The position numbers and the translations under genes were made by a program. A DNA stretch of 64,000 nt. It comes from Bacteroidota bacterium (GTDB lineage Bacteria; Bacteroidota; Ignavibacteria; UBA10030). Position 1 is the first letter of the stretch; every line of letters starts with the position of its first letter. This document shows positions 9,687 to 18,152 of this stretch, piece after piece. The DNA is taken from assembly GCA_035286705.1 (NCBI GenBank), contig DATECW010000088.1, forward strand, positions 2,853 to 66,852, given 5' to 3'. The notes under the pieces were generated by a model. The model had not been told where the DNA came from. It saw only the letters and a program-made list of their open reading frames with translations, and ran no database searches.

Positions 9687-10313
9687 TCATTCACTGCCGT
9701 AGAAGTACCGTGCCACGTCATACCCCAGCCTGCTGATCAGCCCCTGCAGAAGTTGTCCATCGGTGTAAAACGTCCCCTGCTGCTCGCCGCCGCTGTAATA
9801 GTAGGTCGTCGTCGAGAAAGTGGATTCCACGTGCTTTGCCCAAACGACGGTCGAGGAATCGCAATCGACCAGCCTGACTGTGACGCTGCCTGATGCGATT
9901 CGGTTTGAATATGAGTTTGTGTATTTCACTTCGCCAACCGACGTAAACAGGTTTCCTGTCAGGAGATATCGACATTGAAGACCTTGCTTCAATCCATGAA
10001 TGGTATGCATATCGGGAATGCCGTTTACGTTGAGATTGTTCGCAAGCAGATAATTGCGTACAACCGTTGCAGGAATAATTTTCATATGCGCGGAGTGTTC
10101 AAGAAGGTTGACAATAACCTCATCGGACACCTGTCCACCCAAATTCGAAAGAACGCTTTCGGTTTCGAACGGCATGATCGCAATCGCCTCGCCGGGCTTG
10201 ATGATGACAGAGGGACTGATCTGTACCGTCCTCTTCGTAACCGAGCCTGTTCCGCAACCAGTCAGAAAGAACATAGCCAGGAACACCGTTGAAAGGTAAA
10301 TGATTGTTTTCAT
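9687..10313 (-). CDS. Lipoprotein, function unknown (LpoB/LPP20-like size class)
   Basis: MKTIIYLSTVFLAMFFLTGC lipoprotein signal. The rest is soluble, with no recognised motif. Start moved to the internal Met. Confidence 0.45.
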   Translation of the reverse strand: MKTIIYLSTVFLAMFFLTGCGTGSVTKRTVQISPSVIIKPGEAIAIMPFETESVLSNLGGQVSDEVIVNLLEHSAHMKIIPATVVRNYLLANNLNVNGIPDMHTIHGLKQGLQCRYLLTGNLFTSVGEVKYTNSYSNRIASGSVTVRLVDCDSSTVVWAKHVESTFSTTTYYYSGGEQQGTFYTDGQLLQGLISRLGYDVARYFYGSE

Positions 10314-10323
10314 AGCACTCTCC

Positions 10324-10710
10324 TTATCGAAGCCGTTGTTTCTCAACGATGTCGTTCGACTGAAGCTCACCGCTGATGAGTGTCACCGCTGCGAAGTGTC
10401 CATCGAATAATTCGACGACTTTCGCTTCGCCGACCTTGATTTTCCGATAACTCGGTCTCCCGTTACGCGCCGTCGGAACATCTCGTTGATATTCAGAAAG
10501 CCACCGCGTATTATCCACTTTTACTCGGTACACGAACATGATATCGCCGACCTGTATTCCGTCGTCAGTTCCAATGCAGATGTGGACCCTGTCTTCGAAT
10601 TTCATCAGTACGGATCCACGCATTGTTTGATGGCTTGTAGAACACCCGCCAAACGCACTCACAATCAAGAGCATACTAATCGCTATCGGGATGAATCCTG
10701 TCGTTTTCAT
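10324..10710 (-). CDS. Small lipoprotein, paralog of the 8316-8666 product
   Basis: Lipobox AFGGC. IQVGDIMFVYRV and IKVGEAKVVELFDGHFAAVTLISGEL blocks align with the paralog. Confidence 0.5.
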   Translation of the reverse strand: MKTTGFIPIAISMLLIVSAFGGCSTSHQTMRGSVLMKFEDRVHICIGTDDGIQVGDIMFVYRVKVDNTRWLSEYQRDVPTARNGRPSYRKIKVGEAKVVELFDGHFAAVTLISGELQSNDIVEKQRLR

Positions 10711-11741
10711 TTGACCACTCCCGTATCAATTATGTTCGCTTCTTCGACGAGCTTCCGGATAGGGCGATTAACCTTTCGCTCCAACATGAGCCATAGCAAT
10801 GTAGTGAGGACAATCGCAACACCGGCCAGTAGAAGAAGCGAAGTCCTCACTTCTTGTGCCGACCGGTTCATCTCTCTTTGCTGCTGAGCGAGAAGTTCTC
10901 TTGTGTCGCTCCCAAACGAGTCAAGTTGGTCAAGAAGCCTGAGTCTAAGGCTGTCAAGTGATGACATGATGAGATTGTGCGAGACAAATAGTTCCGCTCT
11001 CTCTTGCTGATGATTCCGCTTCCCTTCATTTGACAGCCTCTCCACAACGTCGAACATGCCACCTGCGATCAGATGGAAACGATGCTCAAGATTTGTAAGC
11101 ACGTCGAAAGTCGACTTGGACACAGCCTGCGATTCCTCGAGATCTGAAACCGCATCGATGACCTTCACACGGGCTCTCTTGAAATCGCTAAGGGCATCAG
11201 TCGCCTCTCCACGGTGGAATCGTTCTACCGCCAACATTTCCTCAAGCACGCCGCTTTCCATCGCACTCGACGCCTCTGAAAGAAGTCGCACGGTTTCCAC
11301 TGTTCTTCTTGCGTCGAGTTGAATCTCGTTTGTCCGAAGCCCAATGAACAGTGCGACACCGAGGACACTGATTGTCATGAGCAAAAATGCCGACCGAATT
11401 CTCCTGTGGCTGCCACGCAGCATGAAGTTGATGAGTTGCTTGATCCGTGATTCCTCCAGTTTGCTTGTCCGCTTGCCCAGCGGGATTTGACTTGGAAGCC
11501 CTGGATCGTATTCCTCTACAAAGAAACAATGATCAGCTACAGCCCCTATCGTGCCAACGCGATGTACGCTCTCACGAACAAGTTCCACTTCATCGTCGCG
11601 CGAAAGCAACTCCATTCGGGAGATTTTGGATGATGGTGAAAAGTATTCGGTGACCATGATTTCTGCAATTCCCAGGGCCTCGAGCTCTTCAACGAGCCAG
11701 TGGACTCGCACCGTGTTGATGTATGCGGTGATCTTTTTCAT
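10707..11741 (-). CDS. P-II-like (GlnB/PII-NG, DUF3240-type) N-terminal domain fused to a two-TM coiled-coil membrane module
   Basis: N-terminus MKKITAYINTVRVHWLVEELEALGIAEIMVTEYF matches the GlnB fold start (MKKIEAIIKP...GI.GMTVTEV). TM helices at about 120-140 and about 300-320 flank a roughly 160-aa helical segment. No output domain. Confidence 0.5.
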   Translation of the reverse strand: MKKITAYINTVRVHWLVEELEALGIAEIMVTEYFSPSSKISRMELLSRDDEVELVRESVHRVGTIGAVADHCFFVEEYDPGLPSQIPLGKRTSKLEESRIKQLINFMLRGSHRRIRSAFLLMTISVLGVALFIGLRTNEIQLDARRTVETVRLLSEASSAMESGVLEEMLAVERFHRGEATDALSDFKRARVKVIDAVSDLEESQAVSKSTFDVLTNLEHRFHLIAGGMFDVVERLSNEGKRNHQQERAELFVSHNLIMSSLDSLRLRLLDQLDSFGSDTRELLAQQQREMNRSAQEVRTSLLLLAGVAIVLTTLLWLMLERKVNRPIRKLVEEANIIDTGVVK

Positions 11742-11820
11742 GTTTCCTTTGCCTGGTCGCTAGCTCCGAACGAGAGACCCATCGTTTGTCGAGCTAGCTC
11801 CATGATGATCGTTTCTCTGG

Positions 11821-12015
11821 TCATTCCTCCACGATCAGATCGTTTGCCGACGTATTGTCGTCCTTTCCCATTGCCTTTAGATATTTTGCAGGCTTTTCAA
11901 CAAACGAATGAAGACATCCCGGTGCACAAAAAAAATACGTTTGACCATCATAGAGAGCACTGCCCGCTGCAAATTCCTCATCAATCATCATTCCACAGAC
12001 AGGGTCTTTTTTCAT
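11821..12015 (-). CDS. Single YHS/TRASH-domain protein
   Basis: PVCGMMIDEE...TYFFCAPGC motif. 64 aa. Confidence 0.7.
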   Translation of the reverse strand: MKKDPVCGMMIDEEFAAGSALYDGQTYFFCAPGCLHSFVEKPAKYLKAMGKDDNTSANDLIVEE

Positions 12016-12036
12016 AACGGCATCTCCACCGAGGGA

Positions 12037-12879
12037 TTAGTGCCCATCATAAGCAAACCTTGCATGTTTGACCTCATTGTCGCTCTGAAAGCTCACATCA
12101 ATCATGTACCTTCCTTTTTCATCGAGCTTCAGGCCGCCGCCATAATGATTCATCATCGAGGATAAATCAACACTGCCCGATTTCTCCGATGGCGCAACGA
12201 TCTCAATCGTAACTTTCGCTTTCTCTACGGGCTGGCTTGATTTCTCATCCGTGAGAGTGACCATTACATGGTGAGTTCCGGCCATCATTGCTTCCATCAT
12301 CTTATTATGTTCATCGTCTTTCATATCGGGTTTTGTTCCTTCTTCCATCTTTCCGTGATCCATCCCTTTCATCTCTCCATGCATCATGTGCCCACCCATC
12401 GATGAATCTTTTTTGCCTTGCATCATCGTGCCCATCATTCCGTGATCCATTTTGCCCATATCGTGTTTCTTTTCCGAGTGCATCATACCTCCAGCCTCGG
12501 ATGAGTTCTTACCACTTTGCATCATTGTTCCCATCATCTTCTTATGTTCATCTTGCGTTATGAGCCATACTCGGACCTGTACACCTTCAACAGACTTTTC
12601 GAACGTCGGCTTTCCCATCATAGCGGACATCCTCTCTTGCCGGTCGGTTGCGGACAATTGCTTCTTTTCCAGAGTCATACCGCACTTGGGGCATTTCCCG
12701 GGTTTATCGGAAATGACATCCGGATGCATGGGACACGTGTACACAACCTTTGATTGCGCTTGTGCCTGTGTCGTTTGCTGTTCAGGCGTTTGATGATTGT
12801 GTTCCTGAGCCACGGATGTATTCCGCAAGCCGAAGAATGCCGCAATTGCAATTACGATAATGAAATGATTCTGTCTCAT
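12037..12879 (-). CDS. Secreted Met/His-rich metal-binding protein with N-terminal heavy-metal-binding domain (TCPMHP motif) and C-terminal Ig-like domain
   Basis: Signal peptide, then YTCPMHPDVISDKPGKCPKCGMTL (HMBD as in CusB/Cu oxidases). Long M/H/G/K-rich repeats (MMGTMMQ..., GGHMMHGEMKGMDHGKMEEG). Confidence 0.65.
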   Translation of the reverse strand: MRQNHFIIVIAIAAFFGLRNTSVAQEHNHQTPEQQTTQAQAQSKVVYTCPMHPDVISDKPGKCPKCGMTLEKKQLSATDRQERMSAMMGKPTFEKSVEGVQVRVWLITQDEHKKMMGTMMQSGKNSSEAGGMMHSEKKHDMGKMDHGMMGTMMQGKKDSSMGGHMMHGEMKGMDHGKMEEGTKPDMKDDEHNKMMEAMMAGTHHVMVTLTDEKSSQPVEKAKVTIEIVAPSEKSGSVDLSSMMNHYGGGLKLDEKGRYMIDVSFQSDNEVKHARFAYDGH

Positions 12880-12893
12880 ACTGTTCTCCTCTG

Positions 12894-13232
12894 TTACTGT
12901 TGATTGTGTTGGTGGTTTGATTTTTCCTTCTTCGTGTCTTCAAGCATTTCCAAAACAATGCGGAGCATCCGCTTGTCATCTATCATGGCTCTGCACATTT
13001 CCGTCATCTTCATCGTATCGCCGACTGCGTAATAGATCATCTTCTTCATCATCGTTGCGTGCATCTGATTGTTAGAGGCAATATGGTCCATCAGCAAGTC
13101 CATCATCACTGAATCTTTCATCATCTCCATCATTTGCATGTGTTTGTGCTGTCCCAAAGCGAACGATGAGAGGGCAGTCAGGAGAGCCACAAGGAGGATC
13201 AAAGGTCTTATTTTCATAGTTTTTTTCTTCAT
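12894..13232 (-). CDS. Secreted Met-rich helical protein (SilE/PcoE-like metal sponge candidate)
   Basis: Signal peptide, about 25% Met in the mature part (HMQMMEMMKDSVMMDLLMDH...), His-rich C-terminus (NHQHNQQ). Located directly downstream of cusA. Confidence 0.45.
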   Translation of the reverse strand: MKKKTMKIRPLILLVALLTALSSFALGQHKHMQMMEMMKDSVMMDLLMDHIASNNQMHATMMKKMIYYAVGDTMKMTEMCRAMIDDKRMLRIVLEMLEDTKKEKSNHQHNQQ

Positions 13233-13235
13233 CGT

Positions 13236-16200
13236 TTAGTCTTCTAGGAGCTGCCCTTCGGTGGCCAATTCCTTCTTCAAGCTCCAGCTCTTCCACAAAT
13301 AGTAGATGACGGGATAGACAGCGAGTTCCAGCAAGAAGGAAGATGTGAGACCGCCGACCATCGGGGCAGCGATGCGTTTCATAACATCCGCGCCGGTGCC
13401 CGTGCTCCACATGATCGGGAAGAGGCCGATCATGGTCGTCAACACGGTCATGAGCTTGGGCCGCACGCGCTGGACGGCCCCGTGGTGGATGGCCTCCCGC
13501 AGATGCTGCAAGCTTCTCATCTTGCCTTCTTTCTTCCACTGTTCATACGCTATGTCGAGGTAGAGAAGCATGATCACCCCCGTTTCCGCGTCCAGGCCGG
13601 CCAGTGCAATAATGCCCACCCAGACAGCGATACTCAGGTTATACCCGAGGATGTAGAGCAGCCAGAAGGCTCCGATGAGCGAGAACGGCACCGCCAAAAA
13701 CACTATTCCCACCTTGGTCATCGATCGCGTGCTGAGATAGAGCAGCACGAAGACGATGAAGAGCGTCAGGGGAATGACGAGCATCAGGCGCGTTTGCGCC
13801 CGCTCCATGTACTCGTACTGACCGCTCCAAATGATATTGTATCCCGCAGGCAGTTTTATCTTTTCTGCAACGGTTCGCTTCGCATTCTGTACGTATGTTC
13901 CGACATCGATGTCTTTGATGTCGACATAAACCCAGGCATTGGGACGCGTATCTTCACTTCGAACGACCATCGGACCTTTGCGGGGAGTGATCGTGGCAAG
14001 CTGACCGATCGGAATCTGTTCCCCTGTTGGCGTCGGGACGAGCACACGTTGAATCGCCTCGAGATCATCGCGGAGTTCGCGGCTATATCGCAGGTTGACA
14101 CTGTACCTTTCGAGGCCCTCCACCGTGTTTGTGATGCTCATTCCTCCCATTGCCGTCTGAATGACCATTTGCACATCGCCGACCGTCAAGCCGTAGCGGG
14201 CGGCCTCCCTGCGATCGATATCGAAATCAAGGTAGTTCCCGCCGACGGCCCGTTCGGCAAAGGCACTCAATGTGCCGGGAACGGTGCGCATGACGGACTC
14301 AACTTCTTTCCCTATTTCTTCCAACACTTTGAGATCGGGGCCGGCGATTTTGATCCCCACCGGAGTCTTAATCCCGGTGCTCAACATATCTGTGCGGGTT
14401 TTGATCGGCATCGTCCAGGCATTCGTCAGTCCCGGAAACTGGATAGCACGGTCCATCTCGTCGACCAGCTTCTCCACTGTCATGCCGGCGCGCCATTCAC
14501 TTTCTGGTTTAAGCATGATCGTCGTTTCGATCATATCCAGACCAGCGGGATCGGTCGCGGTCTCAGCGCGGCCGATCTTGCCGAACACATGATGCACTTC
14601 GGGAAATTGTCGAAGAATCTTGTCGGTTTGCTGAAGGAGCTCTCTTGCCTTTGTGATCGACATTCCCGGCAACGTTGTCGGCATATACAGGAGGTCACCT
14701 TCATACAGGGGCGGCATGAACTCAGAGCCAAGTTGGCTGTAAGGGAGATAAGTCACCACGAGGAGAGCCAGCGTCAGCCCGATCACCCATTTGTTATGCT
14801 TCAACACAAAATCGACAACAGGGTGATACAGCCTGATCAAGACCCGACTGAGAGGATGGCGTTCCTCCGACCGGATTTTTCCGCGAATCCAATATCCCAT
14901 CAGCACAGGAACGAGCGTGACCGCAAGAATGGCTGCGGCTCCCATGGCGTAGGTCTTGGTAAAGGCAAGCGGTTTGAACAGCCGGCCTTCTTGCGCTTCC
15001 AGGGTAAAGACGGGAAGGAACGAAATGGTGATGATAGCCAGAGAAAAGAACAACGAGGGACCTACTTCCTTGGCTGCATCCAATATCACTTGCCAGTGTT
15101 CCTTGCGCTGTGCCGGGGGTTTCTCATGCTCGCGTTCAAGATGCTTATGACCATTCTCGACCATGATGATAGCGGCATCAACCATGGCTCCGATGGCGAC
15201 AGCGATTCCACTCAGTGACATGATGTTCGCGTTAATGCCCTGCATTTTCATGACAATGAAGGAGATCAAGACTGCCGTCGGCAGTGTAATGATCACGACA
15301 AATGAACTCCGGGCATGCAAGAGGAACGCAATAATCACGAGAGCCACAACAACCATCTCTTCAATGAGGCTTTCGGTGAGCGTATCAATGGCTCGCTCAA
15401 TGAGGCTTGACCTGTCGTAGGCCATCTCGATTTTCACGTCCTCCGGCAACCCTTGCTTCAGGCCTTCTAACTTTTTCTTCACGTTCTCGATTACTTCCAG
15501 GGCGTTCTGGCCATATCGCATCACAATAATGCCGCCGACGACTTCGCCTTCGCCGTTGCTTTCGGCAAGACCACGGCGCATCAGAGGTCCAATCGTCACG
15601 TCCGCAACATCCGCCACGTACACTGGAGTGCCGCTTTTCTTGTCCACCATAAGCGGGATGTTCTTGACATCATCAACGGACTTTATATATCCAAGGCCCC
15701 GCACCATGAACTCCATCTCACTCATTTCGATAACTTCACCGCCAACGTCGTTGTTGGAGTTTTTGATTGCCATCTCAACCATATTGAGCGGGATGTTATA
15801 GGCTAAGAGCTTTGTCGGATCGACCGTTACCTGATACTGTTTGACAAATCCACCGATGCTTGCTACCTCTGCGACTCCTTCAACGGCCGTGAGTTCGTAT
15901 TTGAGATACCAATCCTGGTATGACCGAAGCTCCTGCAGCGAGCGCTTATCGGATGTGAGTGTATACATAAAGACCCAGCCTACGCCGGTTGCATCCGGTC
16001 CCAGTGCGGGAACAACGTTCGGAGGAAGACGCTTCTGTGCATAGTTCAGGTATTCTAGGACCCGACTACGGGCCCAGTAGAGATCGGTTCCGTCCTCGAA
16101 GATGACGTAGACCAAGGAATAGCCGAAGAACGAATAGCCACGCACAACTTTGGATCCCGAAACAGAGACCATTGCGGTGGTGAGTGGATAGGTCACCTGG

Positions 16201-16388
16201 TCTTCCACAATGCGTGGAGATTGACCCGGATACTCGGTATAAATGATCACCTGGACGTCGCTCAAATCGGGGATCGCATCAATCGGAATGCTCAGCATCG
16301 AATAGACACCCCAACCGATAAGAAAGAGCACCGCGAGAATGACCATGAACTTATTTCGAATCGACGCTTCAATGATTTTTTCTAACAT
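13236..16388 (-). CDS. cusA: Heavy-metal efflux RND transporter, CusA/CzcA (HME) family
   Basis: 1050 aa, 12-TM RND layout, the long antisense ORF typical of HME pumps, and adjacent adaptor and OMF genes. Cu/Ag specificity is inferred from the surrounding Met-rich/HMBD proteins. Confidence 0.9.
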   Translation of the reverse strand: MLEKIIEASIRNKFMVILAVLFLIGWGVYSMLSIPIDAIPDLSDVQVIIYTEYPGQSPRIVEDQVTYPLTTAMVSVSGSKVVRGYSFFGYSLVYVIFEDGTDLYWARSRVLEYLNYAQKRLPPNVVPALGPDATGVGWVFMYTLTSDKRSLQELRSYQDWYLKYELTAVEGVAEVASIGGFVKQYQVTVDPTKLLAYNIPLNMVEMAIKNSNNDVGGEVIEMSEMEFMVRGLGYIKSVDDVKNIPLMVDKKSGTPVYVADVADVTIGPLMRRGLAESNGEGEVVGGIIVMRYGQNALEVIENVKKKLEGLKQGLPEDVKIEMAYDRSSLIERAIDTLTESLIEEMVVVALVIIAFLLHARSSFVVIITLPTAVLISFIVMKMQGINANIMSLSGIAVAIGAMVDAAIIMVENGHKHLEREHEKPPAQRKEHWQVILDAAKEVGPSLFFSLAIITISFLPVFTLEAQEGRLFKPLAFTKTYAMGAAAILAVTLVPVLMGYWIRGKIRSEERHPLSRVLIRLYHPVVDFVLKHNKWVIGLTLALLVVTYLPYSQLGSEFMPPLYEGDLLYMPTTLPGMSITKARELLQQTDKILRQFPEVHHVFGKIGRAETATDPAGLDMIETTIMLKPESEWRAGMTVEKLVDEMDRAIQFPGLTNAWTMPIKTRTDMLSTGIKTPVGIKIAGPDLKVLEEIGKEVESVMRTVPGTLSAFAERAVGGNYLDFDIDRREAARYGLTVGDVQMVIQTAMGGMSITNTVEGLERYSVNLRYSRELRDDLEAIQRVLVPTPTGEQIPIGQLATITPRKGPMVVRSEDTRPNAWVYVDIKDIDVGTYVQNAKRTVAEKIKLPAGYNIIWSGQYEYMERAQTRLMLVIPLTLFIVFVLLYLSTRSMTKVGIVFLAVPFSLIGAFWLLYILGYNLSIAVWVGIIALAGLDAETGVIMLLYLDIAYEQWKKEGKMRSLQHLREAIHHGAVQRVRPKLMTVLTTMIGLFPIMWSTGTGADVMKRIAAPMVGGLTSSFLLELAVYPVIYYLWKSWSLKKELATEGQLLED

Positions 16389-16429
16389 GTCTTAAATCCT
16401 TTGTCAGGTTCTATTCGTCAAGAAGAACA

Positions 16430-18130
16430 TTAGTGCTGTTGGTCGTCTGGCACGTACTTCTCAGGGCTCTTCTTAAACTTCTCCAAGTCATCATCGCTGC
16501 AGAAAAAGTAGGTCTTCCCTTTGTGCATGTACGATCGTTCCTTGTCGGGTGTAATTGTCATTCCACAAACAGGATCTACCACAGTTTCAGGAACCACGGC
16601 CATCGTATCGACGTCATTGTGATCCTGCGCCCGAGGTTTTTCCTGATTCATTTCGTGACCCGCATGTTCCGCCGATTTCAGCGTCTCCTGTCCTTTCTTC
16701 GCCTCTTGTTGCTCCATGGGTTTCCCTGCCCGCCCGGAAGAATCCCCTGTGGCGGGCGGGGACATGTCATGCCCCTCGTGTCCCCGCATCAAGCCCACAG
16801 CTGCCTTGAGGTTGCTTTCGGAATCAATAAGGAATTGAGACGAAGTGACTATTTTCTCACCCTCTTTGATCCCGTCGAGAACCTGGACGTAACCGTCGGC
16901 CATCACCCCGAGTCGTATTTCACGCGGATCAAAGTAGCCTCCGCCCAGAGCTATCACGGCAATATTGCGTTCGCCTGATCGAATGATGGCCTGATTCGGA
17001 ATGGCCACCGCATCGACAGCAACGGGAGATATAATCTTCACCGTCGCAAACATTTCCGGTTTCAAGTCGAGACTCGCGGTGTTGCTGACAACCACGCGCA
17101 CCTTCGCTGTTTTTGTTTCCATATTGAGGGTGGGATAGACGTACGTAATCGTCCCTCGAAACGTTTTTCCGGGCAGATAGGAAAGTTCCACATTCGCCTG
17201 TTGCCCAACTTTTACCCACGGCAACTCGTACTGGTAGATGTCCGCAAGAACCCACAGCGTGGAAAGATCGGCAATCTTATAGAGGTCCATCCCCGCCATG
17301 ACATTCTGCCCTTTAAAAACCATTTTCTCCATGACGATCCCCTCAACGGGCGAGTAGATTGTCATCGTTTTCCTGGGCGATCCGCGCTTTTCGAGCTGCT
17401 GGATCTCAGACTCGGAAATGTCCCAATACAGAAGCCTGCGCTTTGCACTCTCGATAAGTTCATCTGCACCTGTGCGTGCCTCTTCAATACTGCTTTGCTG
17501 CAACTGTTTTCTGTATCGAATTGCTTGCAAGTATTCTTCCTGTGTTGAGACCAGTTCGGGGCTGTATAACTCCATCAAGGGATCCCCTTTTTGAACAACC
17601 TTGCCAGTGTAATCAACGTGAAGCTTCTCCACCCATCCCATGATTTTCGTGTTGACTGAATACACCTTCGTCTCGTCAAAATCGACCTTCCCGACTGCTC
17701 GAATGACTTTGCTGAGTTTCCTCCGTTCGACCGTTGCAATCTTGACGCCAATATTCTGGACGGTCACAGGATCGATTTTGATTCCCTTCGAATCGCCTTG
17801 ACCTTCGTAGACCGGCACCAAATCCATTCCGCAATCAGGGGCTTTCCCCGGCTTGTCGGAAGTGTACCACGGGTGCATCGGATCTCTGTAGAAGGCGATT
17901 GTTTTTTCGCCTGATGTGCCCGACGATTCATCGTAGACCGGGACGAAGTCCATACCATCAGCGGCTTTCTTCGGTGTTGGAGATGTTATTTGAGGACTCA
18001 TCGGGTCACGATAGTAAAGGATCTTCCTTTCCGATGAAGAGTTTCCTGCGTCCGAAGGGCGAAATGCCAACCAGCCTGCCCCCAGACCGATTACGAGACT
18101 CAAAACTGCTATCACGGCGATGCGTTTCAT
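16430..18130 (-). CDS. cusB: Efflux RND periplasmic adaptor (CusB/CzcB family) with N-terminal HMBD repeats and C-terminal YHS/TRASH domain
   Basis: N-terminus has YYRDPMSPQ...GMDFVPVY and FYRDPMHPWYTSDKPGKAPDCGMDLVPVY. Central barrel/lipoyl/MP domains. C-terminus has VCGMTITPDKERSYMHKGKTYFFCSDDD (YHS). Confidence 0.85.
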   Translation of the reverse strand: MKRIAVIAVLSLVIGLGAGWLAFRPSDAGNSSSERKILYYRDPMSPQITSPTPKKAADGMDFVPVYDESSGTSGEKTIAFYRDPMHPWYTSDKPGKAPDCGMDLVPVYEGQGDSKGIKIDPVTVQNIGVKIATVERRKLSKVIRAVGKVDFDETKVYSVNTKIMGWVEKLHVDYTGKVVQKGDPLMELYSPELVSTQEEYLQAIRYRKQLQQSSIEEARTGADELIESAKRRLLYWDISESEIQQLEKRGSPRKTMTIYSPVEGIVMEKMVFKGQNVMAGMDLYKIADLSTLWVLADIYQYELPWVKVGQQANVELSYLPGKTFRGTITYVYPTLNMETKTAKVRVVVSNTASLDLKPEMFATVKIISPVAVDAVAIPNQAIIRSGERNIAVIALGGGYFDPREIRLGVMADGYVQVLDGIKEGEKIVTSSQFLIDSESNLKAAVGLMRGHEGHDMSPPATGDSSGRAGKPMEQQEAKKGQETLKSAEHAGHEMNQEKPRAQDHNDVDTMAVVPETVVDPVCGMTITPDKERSYMHKGKTYFFCSDDDLEKFKKSPEKYVPDDQQH

Positions 18131-18152
18131 TACTTGGCTCCTTGAATATCCG

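Noticed and set aside
13482-15218. 578-aa plus-strand ORF, with other long antisense ORFs (14272-14592, 15163-15420) inside cusA
   Set aside because: Entirely antisense to a confidently identified CusA. His/Arg/Asp-rich low-complexity translation is typical of reverse-frame artefacts in HME pump genes. No start context.
16433-16978. 181-aa plus-strand ORF inside cusB, and similar shadow ORFs inside ccmF, the histidine kinase, folC and the TPR gene
   Set aside because: Shadow ORFs opposite well-supported genes. Composition is Arg/Pro/His-rich without motifs.
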